A stretch of DNA of 64,000 nucleotides from Lama guanicoe (lineage: Eukaryota): contig MU053792.1 in the NCBI GenBank assembly GCA_013239625.1, positions 594,941 to 658,940 of the forward strand, written 5' to 3'. The position numbers and the translations under genes are program-made. Positions 13,308 through 26,600 of this stretch are shown here, in pieces (within the stretch, counting starts at the first letter, position 1; the number at the start of each line of letters is the position of its first letter). A model generated the notes under the pieces. The model worked only from the letters and a program-made list of their open reading frames with translations. It had not been told where the DNA came from and did no database searches.

Positions 13308-16300
13308 TTTTTTCCTTTAGTGAAGTATTATTTGCCTACAGTACTGTGTTAGTTCCAGATGTACAACTTAGTGATTGGATATTTCTATACATTAAAAAAT
13401 GATCCTCATAAGCCATTACCATTTATCACTATACAAAGATATTTGAATGTTATTGACTATATTCCTCATGTGGCACATTTCATCCCTGTTACCCATTTAT
13501 TTTGTAACTGTAGGTTTGTATCTCTTATTATTTTTCAGCTATTTCACTCATCACCCCCACTCCCACCCCCTGCCCCTTTGGCAAACACCTATTTGTTCTT
13601 TGTATCTATGAGTCTTCTTCTGTTTTGTTACCTTTTTTCCATTGTTTTATATTTTAGATTCCACATATATGTGAAACATGAAGTATTTGTCTTTCTCTGA
13701 CTTATGTCACTTGGCATAATACCGTCTAGGTCCATGCATGTTGTCACATGTTCTATGACTGACTAATATTACATTGAATATGTATACCTTTTTGTCGTAG
13801 ATTAATTGACCATAAGGGCGTGGGTTTATTTCTGGGCTGTCTATTCTGTTCCATAGATCTATGTGTCAGTTCTTGTGCCAGTACCATACTGTTTTGGTGT
13901 CTGTAGCCTTGTAATATAGTCTGAAGTCAGGGCACATGATACCTCCAGCATTTATTCTTTTTTCTCAAGATTGCTTTGGCTATTCAGGGTCTTTATGGTT
14001 CCAGATAAGTTTTCAGATTATTTGTTCTGAAAAACAAATAGTTTTGTGAAAAATGTCATGGTGCTCTGAAAGGAACTGCCTTAAATCTGTAGATTGCTTT
14101 GGGTAGGATGGACATTTTAACAGTATTTATTCTTCCAACCATGAACTTGGAATATTTTTTCACTTCTTTGTATAATCTTTAATTTTCTTCACCAAAGTTT
14201 TACAGGTTTCAGAGTATAGGTCTTTCACCTCCTTGGTTGTGTTTATTCCTACGTATTCTATTCTTTTGAAGTAATTTTGAACAGGATTGTTTTCTTGCTT
14301 TCTCTTTCTGATTGTTCCTTGTTAGTGTATAGAAAAGCAACAGATTTCTGTATATTGATCTTGTATGCATCAATTTTACCTAATCCATTTATGAGTTTTA
14401 ATAGTTTTTTGGTGGAGACTTCGGAGTTTTCTGTATATAACAACATGTCATCTGTGAATAGTGATAGTTTTACTCCTTCTTTTCAAATTTAAATGCTTTT
14501 ATTTATTTTTCTTTTCTGAATGTTGTCACTCTGACCTCCAATACTATGTTAAATTAAAGTGGTAAGAGTGTTCACCCTTGTCTTGTTCCAGGTTTTAGAG
14601 GAAGAATTTTCCACTTTACAGCAATAAGTATTAGGGTTTGCCATGTGTGTGGGTATCCCATAAGTGACCTTTATTATGTTGAGATATGGCCCCTCTATAA
14701 CAATTTTGCTGAGAGGTTTTATAATGAATGTATGCCGCATTTTGTCAAAAGTTTTTTGCATCAACTGAGACAAGTTTTATTCTTTTTTTGTTGTTGTTAA
14801 TGTGGTGTATCACATTGATTGATGTGCAAATAGTGAATCATCCTTGTATCCCTGGAATAAATTCCACTTGATCGTGTTGCGTGATCATTTTTAAATATTG
14901 TTGAATACAGTTTGCACCTGGACTTTTGCACCTGTATTCATCAAAGCTTTTGCCTGTAATTTTATTTTTTGTAGTGTCTTTGTCTGATTTTGATATCAGG
15001 GTAATGACAATCTTCTAGAATAGTGATTCTTTTCATTGGATTTTTGGAATAGTTTGAGAAGGATGGGTTTGTTTCTGATTTAGTATTGGAAGATTGTATG
15101 TTTCTAGAAATTTCCATGTCATTTCTTCTAGATTGTTGAATTTGTTGGTACATAACTATTTGTAGTGTTGTTGCCTTGTGATTTCTTGTATCTCTGTGAT
15201 AATAGTTGTAATCTCTCCTCTTTCATTTTTTTGTTTCTGTCTTCTCTCTTTTTTTCTTAAATGAGTCAGCCTAAAGGCTTATCAATTTTGTTTACATTTT
15301 TAAAAAGGCAGCTGTTGGTTTCACTGATCTATTTTTTGGGCTCTCTTATTTATTTCCTTTCTGATTAATATTTCCTTTTTTCTGTTGACTTTGAGTTTTG
15401 TTCTTTTCCTAATTCCTTTAGATGATGGGTTAGGTTATTTATTTGAGATTTTTCTTACCTCTTGAATTAGATCTATATTGCAATAAACTTTTCCTCTTAG
15501 AACTATTTTTCCTGCATCCCATAGACTTTGGAAAGTTTTGTTTTTATTTTCAATAGTGTTGAGGTATTTCTTAATTCCCTCTTTGATTTTTTCATTGACT
15601 CATTAGTTTTGTAGTAGCATATTCTTTAGTCTCAATGTCTTTGTGTTTTTGGCATTTTTCTTTCTATAATTGACTTCCAGTTTCATACTGTTGTGGTTGG
15701 GAAAAAACGCTTGATATAATTTCTATCCTCTTAAATTTGTTAAGATTTATTTTGTGACCTAATATGCGATCTGTCTTGGAGAATGTTTCAGGTGCACTTG
15801 AAAAGAATTTGTATGTTGATGTTTTTCAGTGGAATGTCATACAGTTATCTACTAAGTTCAAGTGGTCTAATGTGTTATTTAAGGTTAATATTTCCACATT
15901 GATTTTCTGTCTGGATGATCTGTCCATTGATGTAAGTGGCATGTTTAAGTCCCCAACTGTTGTTGCATTGTTGTCAATTTCTCCCTTCATGTCTGTTAAT
16001 ATTTGCTTTATGTATTTATGTGTCCCTATATTAGATGCATATAAGTTGAGAAATATTGTATCCTGTTCTTGTATTGAATCTTTTATCCTTTATATAATGT
16101 CCATCTTTGTCTTTTGTTATAGACTTTGTTTTCAAGTCTACTTTGTCTGATGTGAGTATTGCCACCTCAGCTTTCTTTTTATTTCTACTGACGTGGAAAA
16201 TCTTTTTTCATCCCCTTATGTTTAAGCTATGTGTGTCTTTAACTCTGAGGTGAGTCTCTTGTAGGCAGCATATATGGCTCTTGTTTTTTTATTACCCAGT

Positions 16301-19106
16301 CAGCCACCCTGTTTCTTCTGACTGGAGCATTTAGTCCATTGACATTTCAAGTCTGTCACTAGGTATATGCTTATTACTATTTTGTTATATTCTGTATTTT
16401 TGTACTGTTTCTCTGTTCTTTTCTTCTTCTTTTGCTCTTTTCCACTGTAGTTTGAAGGTTTTTTTCAATTGTTATTCTCGTGTTCCTTTATCTCTAGTTT
16501 TTCTGTATCTATAGTAGGTTTTTGAGTATTGAGGTGGGTCAGATAATTAGATTGCTTTAACGGAGGTACTGGGGATTGAACCCAGGACCTTATGCAGAAG
16601 CATGCACTCTGCCACTGAGCTACATACTCCCCGCACCATAATAGGTCTTTGATTTGTCAGAATACCCCAGGGGAAGATGTGACCCATGCTCACTTCAGAT
16701 CCAGAAGTGAATGCATATGTTGACCTATAACTATATGTAATGATCTATGTCTACTTGTTATGTTGACCTATAACTATATCTACTTGTTTTAAATTGATAG
16801 TCATTTAAGTTCAAACACATTCTACAGGATCTACATTTTTTACTCCCCTTCCCCTCATTTTATGCTTTTGGTGTTATATTTCACATCTTCATGTCTATCT
16901 CTTAACTATTTATTGTACTTATAGGTGATTTCACATTTTTGTCTTTTAACCATCATAGTAGTTTATTTAAGTGGTTGATCCACAGCCTTTACTGTGTATT
17001 TGCCATTACTAGTGAGATTTTTCCTTTTCTGTAAATTCTTCTTTCTGTAGCTTTTTCTTTTCCGTTTAAATAAGACCGCTTAATCCTTCTTGTAGGGTCA
17101 GTTTAGTATTGATGAGCTTTTTCACTTGTTTGGTAAGTTCTTTACAGGTTTTCACTTGTTCTTTATCTCTCTTTGAACTCTAAATGATAATCTTGGTGGG
17201 TAGAGTATCCTAGGTTGAAAGTTCTTCCTTTTTAGCAATTTAAAGATATCATGCCACTCCCTTCAGGCCTGGAAAGTTTCTGTAGAGAAATCAGTTGATA
17301 GCCTTATGGGGCTTCCCCTTGTATGTGACTCTTTGTTTTTCTCTTTCTGCCTTTAAAATTCTCTCTTTATGTTTAGATTTTGCCATTTTATTTGTGATAT
17401 GTCTTGGTATATATCTCTGGGTTTATATTGTTTGGGACTCTTTACTTCCTATACCTGGAAATCTCTTTCCTTCTGCAGCTTTGGGAAGTTTTCAGCCATA
17501 ATTTCACCAAATACACTTTTGGCCCTTTTCCCTCTCTTCTCTTTCTTGGACTCCTATAATGTGAATTATTTATATGCTTGGTGTTATCCAAGAGGTCCCT
17601 AAAATATGCTAGTTTTAAAAAAAATTGTTTTTTCTTTTTACTGTTTTGATTAGGTGACTTGTATTATTCTGTTTTGTAGTTCACTTATGTGTTCTGCTGT
17701 ATCACCTAGTCTGCTGTTAATTCCTTGTAGTTTGTTTTTCATTTCAATTATTGTATTCTTCAGCTCTGACTGGTTCTTTTTTATATTTTCTAGTCCTTTG
17801 TTAAAATTCTGTGTTTGTCTATTCTTTTACCACATTTAGTTAGCATTCTTATTACTAATGCTTTGAACTCTTTATCTGGTAAATTGTTTATCTTCTCATT
17901 AAGTTTTTTTCAGAGATTTTTCATCATCTTTCATTTGAAACATATGTCTCTGTCTTCTTATTTTTTAACTTTCCTTGTCTCTATGAAATTAGATAAATCA
18001 GTTACCTATCCTGGTCTTAAAGTGGTGCCCTTTTGTATGGGGCTGCTCTGTTGTCTCCATGTGCCCAGTGGCTGTGGTGGGAGATCTGGATCTGAAATGA
18101 GCACAGGTCACATCTTCCCCCAGGTATTCGGAAAGCTACCACGTTCTTGGGAGCTAGGGATGGAGATAGAGGGGCCAGAGCCAGAGCCAGGTTTGAGACA
18201 GGGCTTTTCCTGTCTCAGTAGCAATCACAGCCTCATTGCAGGTGGTGACAGGACCCGAGATGCTAGAGTGAAAACCCTGAGGGTCGCATCCGAGCTGGTT
18301 CTGTTTCCTCTAAGTTGTGGACTCTCCTTGCTGACAGCAGCCTCCTCCCTAGTTGAGAGCAGTGCCCAAGCAAGAGGGGCTGGAGTGAGTGCCCAGTGGA
18401 GGCTGCAGTACATGTTGTGATGGTTCTGGCAGGTTTTTCAGAGTCCCAGACACTGTGCACTCACTGCTGATGGCTGTTTTCACCCTGTTCAGGCATGGTC
18501 AGATCTGAGTGGGGTTTGTTCTTTTTAATTCTGCACAAGCTCCTTGGCAGTGGCTCCTCTGCCCTAGTTGAGTGAAGGGCCCGAGCAAGAGGGGCTGGAG
18601 CAAGCATCAAGGGTGGGCTAAGGTTTGAACTGAAATGATCTCAGCAAACTGGTCAGAGCCCCAGCAGTTTTCAGTCTACTTCCTCTGTGTTGTTCCCAGG
18701 AGTAAGCAAGCATGTGCATACGCAAGGGTGGAGTCTGTTTCTCACAGCCTCCCCGCTCCCTCGGCAAGTCTCACTGGTTTTCAAACCAGCTAAGGGAACT
18801 CGTCTTTCTGTGTCAAGCCCTAGGGCTGGGCAGCCCAGGATGTGGCTTGAGCTGCTCACTCCCCCGAGAGGATCCTTGAGACCATGATATCCCCCTCCTC
18901 TTCTGTGCCCTCTGCTAAGGGTGTGGGCCCACGCTGGATTGCCTCTCCTCCCTTCCAACCTGATTTCGAGTGGATCTTTCTTAACAGCTTTCATTGTAGA
19001 AGAACTTTTCTTGCAGCTCCCAGGTTGTTTTCAGAGAGCTGCTCCACATGTAGATGTATTTTTGATGTGTTCTTAAGAGGAGGTGAGCTCATCTTGATCT
19101 TCCTTC
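13308..19106 (-). mobile_element. Near-full-length degenerate L1 (5'UTR about 17950-19106, ORF1 relic, ORF2 relic, 3'UTR) with internal deletions
   Basis: Minus-strand ORF2-like peptides (YKINIQKSVAFLYTN; KTFDKMRHTFIIKPL); GC-rich 5'UTR whose minus-strand start reads ggaagatcaagatgagctcacctcc, like cetartiodactyl L1 5' ends; about 0.9 kb missing at about 13787 relative to the 51.2-52.7 kb copy. Confidence 0.9.
16526..16637 (-). mobile_element. tRNA-derived SINE (vic-1-like), nested in L1
   Basis: Reverse complement has A box (tagctcagtgg) and B box (ggttcaatcc); TSD 16511-16525 and 16638-16652 (13/15 identical); homologous to the copy at 63885. Confidence 0.9.
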
Positions 19107-22100
19107 CAGTTGACAAATATTTTTGATTACAAAAGTAATGTACCTGTGTTAGGCACTCTGTAAAATACCGTTACAACAAATAAAACAATTAAAATCATGT
19201 ATAAGTAATCCTACTACCTAATAATGCTATAGGTATTAATTTCAGTTTTTAAAAAACACATACTTCTAAAATATGTTATGCTATTTTGGATGAACATTTT
19301 ATTTTAGGTACTTTCCCAATAAATATTATTCAAAAATACTGTTTTAATGACCAACCAATAATTTGGTCCATGGGAGGAAGTTAATAATTTATTTAGTTGC
19401 TTTATTTTCAAGTGTTTTTATTTTCCAGTATTTAACAGTTATGTTTAACAATTTGACTGTATTTCTACTTACTTGCATTGGCTATGTTTCTAGAATATTA
19501 CTGGCTGAAGGAGACTTCAAATCTTAAAGGCTCTCGAACCATACTGTGAAATTGCTTTCCAAGTAGACATATATGGTCATCGATACGCCTTTTTCATCAC
19601 ACTGTATATTAATTTTTAATTAGATGGATGACTAGTCATAGCTAACCCCCTTCATTTTGTTTTGCTTTCTTTGTAATGTATTTCTTAAAATTACATTATT
19701 TTGCTTAATTTGTACTCTTTCCTTTATCTAACATGTAACAATAAATTCAACTAAATTGATGTTTTTAAAAGTCTCAAACAGAACACATTTTATAGCATTA
19801 TTCTTATCCATATATTACTTTTATTGTAAATCACTGTGTTTAGAATTATGGAACGTTGCTCTGTAAGCTTTTCATGAGCACTTACACATGCTTATGGGAG
19901 TATTTACCCAATATCTGTCATGATCATATTGAAGAAACTAAAAGTAAAATAAAATAGAACTTTGAATTACCTTTTAAGTCTAGACTTTATTAGCATTTAA
20001 TGAGAAAGTAATATAAAAATAATTATTACTTCTACATGTTTAATAAAATTCTGAAATTAGCAACTATATTAACTTTCAATCTGCGAGTTATAGAGTTTAG
20101 ATCTGGTGGTCATTTAAACACAATTGTTCTATTATATTGGACATCTGCTCTCTGCTCACACTAGCCATTATCCTCTTTTCTCATGTTGTTTCCCAGCTCA
20201 TTCTGGTCACTGATGTTTATTTTAACAGTCGGATGAGCAGAAAATCGAGAAGAGTTTTTCTGCTTAATGGTTTAGCAGAGACTAGTACTAAGAGCACTTA
20301 ACTGGCAACAGATTTGGCAGGCAAGACATCTATGATATAGGATTATTTTTAATCTCCAAAGAATCATTGGATATAGCAAGATAGAGCATATCTTACAAAC
20401 ACATATGGTATTATGTGATATCATTCTGTGTCATCCTTGATTTTGGTCATGTGGCTCCTACAGACCCTATGAAGGTGTCATTCCCCAGTTTCAGTCTAGG
20501 CCGTAGAAAGTTAGCCACCTCTCGGTCCTTCAGTATCTTGTAGTAAGGAACGTTCTCCAGTGTTGCTGTGTTACTGGTCCACAAAGCAGTATTACCTGTC
20601 TTCTGTTCCCTGCAAGGCACAAAACTGCCCTTAACAACCCTTCTGTGCTCTCACAGGAATCCACAGCTGAGAGTGGAGGAGTGGGCAGCAGACAAGCTGA
20701 GAACACACATTTCATTTAAAAAGTCACCTGTCCATCCTGATGAAAGCCCATTATTCGTGAAACAAAATTGTACAGTTTAACTCTGTTAAGTATCATGGTG
20801 ACATTCCATCCTTGCAGTTGTGTCACATCCAATAATTCTTAGAAGGTTAAAGGGTGACGCTTGGTTCCTAAGGAGGGACATAAACCTTGACAGTCATGTG
20901 AAAGCCTCAAAGGCATGAACTAGACTATACCATTAACATTCTCAATTTTTATGTAAGTACGTAACTGGTACCAGAAGCCCTCCAAACCTACTCACCTGGC
21001 CACTGAAGTTTCAGAAAAAACACAAAACAAAACAAAAACAGATGTGTATAAAGTGATCTGGACCACATGTTCTAGATCCCAAATTTGGGCTTTCCATTGG
21101 AGTTCTATTAATGCCAAATAAGTTTATATTACATTGTTGAATCAGACACATCTAGCTTAAAATATTGTTTATTTTTAATTCTGATGCAAAGCCATATCCT
21201 CCACATTCAATAAACATTTGGGGAATTTGTTTAAATTAGAGTACAACATTTTATACTTCTTCCTATGATTTTTGCTTTAAACACAGATCATATTTCAATA
21301 CAATATGTTTGATATATTCACCATCTTATCTGCTTCTTGCCTTCTGAAAATATTGTGATAAACATTCAAGGGAAAGATAGTGACTGATGTAGAATAGGAG
21401 CATGAAAAAGATAAGATCCTGTAGAATTTCCCTGAAACTCTTTCTTTTAGGAAAGGTTGACATCTGTCAATTGTCAACAGTTATTTAACCAGTTAAAAAG
21501 CCCCTTTCTTTTGTGTTTTGATCCCATGTTTCTTTATGATTTACTTAGGGATTTTTAAAAAGAGATTCTGCCTATGCTCTTGTGGAATGCCAACAAACTA
21601 GGCGCTCTTCATTTTCCGGCTCTCCTTCAGTGGACGTGGTGGGGCTCATCCTCTTAGTTGGAGAAGCAGAAGTAATAGTACTTCTAACATTGTTTTAGAC
21701 ACAACTATTCCTGTTGCAATTTAACAGAGTTACCAATATGATTGATGTCAGGTGTAGAAGTAAGAAGAGTTCTGCCTATAAAGATTTTCAAAGGAAATTA
21801 CTGCAAACCAGATTGCATGTAGCAAAGCTAAAGGATGACAAAATCCAGATATGCTCATTGGCAGGAAGTCAACTGATTTGGAAAGAAAATGAGAAGAAAT
21901 AAACCCAGAATGCAGCTATCCATTGTCTCAGGCTCTACTTACACCCTTCTTCAAGCAACTGAATAACTAAGAAGAGCACTCAGTTCAAAGAATGAGGAAA
22001 AAATTCCAACAGCATCTGTTTAGACAGGGAGAGGAAACAAAAGATAATCCATCAACACTATTTTGGAGCAATTAGCAGGATGGATGGAACTTCTCAGAGT

Positions 22101-22240
22101 CTGAAGTACAGAGTATATAAAAACAACAGAAGCAACTAAGAACCTTGTGGTAACACTGTACAATTTCTATTTAATTGACAAAAGGGAATATATCATGCAA
22201 AGGACAAATGAGGAGTATTCATTTGAAAGTATATCCTAAG

Positions 22241-22324
22241 AAGTTAGAAAAAATATAAAAAGGTGTAGAACTTTTCAGAAAATTAAAGTTAGAAAAAATA
22301 TAAAAAGGTGTAGAACTTTTCAGA
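22241..22324. repeat. Perfect 39-bp direct duplication, period 45
   Basis: aagttagaaaaaatataaaaaggtgtagaacttttcaga at 22241-22279 and 22286-22324. Confidence 0.95.
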
Positions 22325-22729
22325 CTATGAGTTCTCTGAAATGAATTATAAGAATAAAGAAAGAAAAGACCTCAGAGATGAAAGGGATGAGGCAAAATTA
22401 AGTGAAGCATTTGATGACCAAAGTAAAATCATTTCAATATTTAAACCTAAGGTAGCAACATCAGTGAGTAGCATCAGCATTTTTAAAATAAGGAGAATGG
22501 AGTGGAAACAATATCACACAATGTAGAGCTACAGACCAGAACCTAAGTAATGGCAGATTACATATTATAGCTATGGAAGACAATGTTGATCAAATACATA
22601 AATGATTGGCATTTCTGAAGACAGGGAAAAGTTCAAAAATGAGTACAAGAAAGTTCCAGGCAATGGAACATTCATCTGAAGTTCTGTACTGAAAGAGTTT
22701 GTTATATTCTGTGAAATAAAATTTACATT

Positions 22730-23156
22730 TTAGGGCAAGACAAGAAAAATTGAAATATGAAATTTTTCTCTGCCCTTTGGCCTCCTTCCTCCTTCCCTAT
22801 TGTGTACCTGCATTATGCATCGACCAAACCTTGCACATGGACAGAAATATCTACTCAGCCATAAAGAGCAACATTCTCCTAGTGTCAGCGAGACAACTCC
22901 TTAAAAGAACTTAGCTTCTTGACCTTGTAAGGGGCCATAATGACACTTAGATCTGGATTGTGTAAACAGTCAGTAATTCATCATTCCTACAGCCCTCTGT
23001 CTCAAAAAATTTTATATAATTGTGTTTTGACTTCTAATGGACAGAACAGTTCTCAGAGCTCTCTGAGATGCTGTTTCCTGGTTATAATCCTCAAATTGGA
23101 TCAAATAAAAATTTCCATTTCTTTCTTAGATTGACTGATTATTTTTTTCTTTGATA
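22730..23156 (+). mobile_element. Solo LTR, probably ERV1 class
   Basis: R/U5-like text gagctctctgagatgctgtttcctggttataatcctcaaattggatcaaataaaa; AATAAA about 50 bp from the end; 5' boundary uncertain. Confidence 0.7.
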
Positions 23157-24269
23157 ATTCTAAGGAAAATTAATAGCGATTGGCTGAGACATAGTCTGGT
23201 GCATTGTTTGAAATTAAGGTAAAGGAAGATTCCTACAATCCTTAAGAAGAAAAGAGGAAAGTCACCTACAAGGTAAAAAAGAAAAAATCGGGCTGTTCTC
23301 AGACATCTCACCAATGTTGTCTAAGAGACAGTAATGTGACACTAGCTGTAGTTTTTGAGGGGAAAAACTGTTAGTTAAGCATGTGTTACCAAGTTATTTG
23401 GTTACTCAGATATAAAACAGTATCAAAAATGCAATAAAGTGGGACATAAACCACTGTTTTGCTCCTTCTAAAAATATTTTAATAAACTAAGTTTTTTTAT
23501 AGAGTTATAGTCGGTTTACAATAAACAGAAAATTTTATGAAATACTTTAACTTAGTAGGAAATTTATGGCATTGAAGAGCTATAATGATTTAAATAATCA
23601 TCATAAAGCTCTAACAATTATTGTTTAAAAATGGAAGCAAGTTTAATTCTTGAAATAAAGTATAAAAATAATATTCAACTTAGTATTAATTCACTGTTAC
23701 CAAAAAACAGTATGTTCCAAAAATGGACACTAGAAAATAAATGACAGAGTGGAGTGAGATTTGATGTCAGACACTGTTTTTTTGTGTGTGTTTTGTTTTG
23801 TTTTGTTTGTAGTCAAGTCACATGATAACAAACATTGTTAACAGCTAAGGTTGATACATTAAGAAGTAAGCATATTATTTAGAGTTATAAATGTAACTAC
23901 CAGTTACCCTCCAAATTACCAGTGGGACAAATCATAACACAAATGATAGAAATTAAAGATAATATTAAGGAAATCAAGAAAATAAAAAATATAAAATAAG
24001 ATGATACAACTGGACATTTTTGTTATAATAATATGATATCTTCAATTATTAAAATATAATGTTCCTTATATTGTATAAAAATAATACTTTATACTCTGAG
24101 GAAGACACATTCTATTCAAATACCTTGGAGAATTTAAAAATAAAATATTTGCAAAGATCTCAGGAAATGCAAAAAGCAGTGAGGAAGGGAGAAGGATGGG
24201 GGAGAGAGAAACAGATTCTGGAGTGAAAAAGGGAGGGAGGGACAGAGAAAAACAAGAGAAAACTTTTCT

Positions 24270-24405
24270 AAGCTTTTAACAACCCCTTGAGTAGATACTG
24301 TTATTATGGCCATTTTATAGATTGCAAAATTGAGAGCTAATGAGTTTGCCCTGAGTGTCACAGCTTATGAGAGGCAGGGCTCAGGTTCCATGTTGGTCTG
24401 CAGAC
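24270..24405 (-). mobile_element. MIR SINE core
   Basis: aacaaccccttgagtagatactgttattatggccattttatagattgcaaaattgag matches the antisense MIR core. Confidence 0.8.
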
Positions 24406-25029
24406 CGTGATCGTCATTGCCACGTTCATGCTATATTGCTTATCAGACAAAGTCTATGTTAATGTGAAAAACATTAAATAGGAAACGGTCACTTGCTACT
24501 TACAGCAATATAAATGGTCACTATGAATTTTTCATAAATTTTCAGACAGCAAACATTGTTGACCTACAAAAAGCAAAAACTGTAAGATAGATTAGGAAAA
24601 AGTCAGTATAAATGCATTAGTAATAATAGACCATAGTAGATCAGAGTGGTTAGAACTAAAGCTATAATGTGTTTAAAAATAGAATTAATTCTTCAGTTTA
24701 CTTCACCAAAATATCCTTGAGAGTGTTTTAGCATTTTTATGTATAGGGTCTCAGTATATAACTTAAATTCATTTGGAAAATAATAATTATTTCATCCTGT
24801 TCTTGGCCTTTAATTATGTCTTAATAATGTTTATTATTCCATTTGTCTGAAAGTTCTATTTGACAAACAGGTTTAAGATAGAAATCAAACGCTTCAGCTT
24901 TTTTTCTCTTTATGTATTAGCACTGGCTTGTGAATGTGACCTTTTTTCCATGTCACGTAACTAAAAATCACCTACGCAAAAGCAGCATGCCTTCATAACA
25001 AATTAGCAAAATTCAAAAAAGGCTAAAAG

Positions 25030-25400
25030 GTCAGCCTTATGAGATTTCATACATGGGGTTTATCATATACTTCTAGTGGAATTTTAAACTGGTGTAACTT
25101 TTCTGAAAAACAACTTTATTGTTATCATACAAGAACTTTTAAATACTCATAACCTTTGACCTGTAAATTAATATTTCAGCAGCACAGAAGTAGAGTTCAG
25201 CATTATATTTCACATTGAAAATTCAAATACAAACTAAATGTACAAATATAGGGGAATGATTACTGAAATGTTGACTCACCCACACAGTCAGCTCATATGA
25301 AGATGTTAAAAGGATGATGCTAATAATTTTGAATTATCTAACAAAATAGCTATAACAGAAGATATTAAGATAAAACTCAGAACCTCGAAAACATGGATAT
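25030..25400 (+). mobile_element. Old L1 (L1ME-like) 3' fragment
   Basis: aactggtgtaacttttctgaaaaacaa...cataacctttgacc resembles the end of L1M ORF2. Confidence 0.5.
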
Positions 25401-25410
25401 TACATGATTT

Positions 25411-25896
25411 CAAATGTCCCCACTTCCAATGGCTTGACAAGATTTTTCCACTTTTGATGGTGCCAAAATGATACACACTCAGTAGAATTGGACTTCAAAT
25501 TGTGACCTTTGCCCAGGCTAGCGAGATGCTCTGTGATGCTCCCTGGTGACACTGTACCGTAACAGCCAGTTGCAACTCCCAGGAAGCCGTGTGATCATGA
25601 GGGTAAACGACCAATAACACAACAAACATTCTGTTTTTCACTTTCAGTACAGTATTCAATAAGTTACATGAGCTATTCTACACTTTGTTATAAAATAGGC
25701 TTTGTGTTACATGATTTTGTTCAACAGTAAGCTGGTGTAATTTTTCCAAGCATGTTTAAGGTAGGCTAAACTAAGCTAAGCTGTAATGTTTGGTAGGTTA
25801 GGTGTATTAAATGCATTTTTGACTTAACGATATTTTCAACTGACAATGGGATGGGTTTATTTAAATGTAACCCCATAGCAAATGGAAGATGATCTG
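25411..25896 (-). mobile_element. TcMar-Tigger non-autonomous DNA transposon (MER47/Tigger5-like)
   Basis: Long match to recalled MER47 consensus (ttctgtttttcactttcagtacagtattcaataa...ggtaggttaggtgtattaaatgcatttt); degenerate TIRs at both ends. Confidence 0.85.
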
Positions 25897-26424
25897 GGTA
25901 AAAAAAAGACATTTAGGAAAAAAAATGCCAAAATATTTACCAAGTCTTTCTGAGTGTTGGGAGAATAAATAAATGATGTTTCATTAAACTGTTCTGCATT
26001 TACAAATGTTTCAATATATAATTTGAAAATGGTGGAAATACTTCCTTTTATTTGTTTTGGCAAGTCTCACCTATTTGGGAACTTATCTCTTCATCCTCTC
26101 CCTGAGGAAAGCCTTGGAGAGTACAGATCTCTCAAAGAGTATTTTCCCCGAAGAGAGGGACTATCAGATAAAATAACTCACCCTGTTTCCATGTAGTGGG
26201 AATTCCCAGCACTTACATAGTCCTCAGGTTTCCTTATACTGAAAGCAACTTCTGAGAATGGAAAATAGGGTACCAGTTATGACAATGTACAAGATTTAAA
26301 TATTTTATTATGTAACAACCAAAGAGTGTGAAAGAATCCTTCCATTATTGAAAAAGACTTGATAACAACATGAAACTCTTAAACATCCAGACAAAAAAAA
26401 AAATACAGAATCTGACACGGAGTT

Positions 26425-26600
26425 TCAACTTTTAGTATACATAAAAATTTCTGGGTATAGTGGGAAGGCACATTAAAGAAATATACATATGAAATCTTTG
26501 ATTTAGTCTTAAAAATTTTGATTCAGTTGATCTAGGGTAGGCACAGAAACTAGATTTTTTAATGAGTGTTCTCAGGTTATTCATTCCAAAAGCCCATGAA
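26425..26600. mobile_element. hAT-Charlie MER5-like fragment
   Basis: gattcagttgatctagggtagg...ttttaatgagtgttctcaggttattc resembles MER5. Confidence 0.5.

Larger units (their letters stand above)
22000..24130 (+). mobile_element. Very old L1M/HAL1-like ORF1 relic, interrupted by an LTR
   Basis: A-rich plus strand; frameshifted VTYK...IGLFSDIS at about 23261-23310 resembles the L1 ORF1 C-terminal motif VTYKGxxIRLxxDFS. Confidence 0.45.

Noticed and set aside
17815..18420. Longest ORF (201 aa, plus strand)
   Set aside because: Antisense to the L1 ORF1/5'UTR relic, starts at TTG, and resembles no protein I recognise
22241..22324. CRISPR-like repeat array
   Set aside because: Only two copies with a 6-bp spacer, no cas genes, mammalian context
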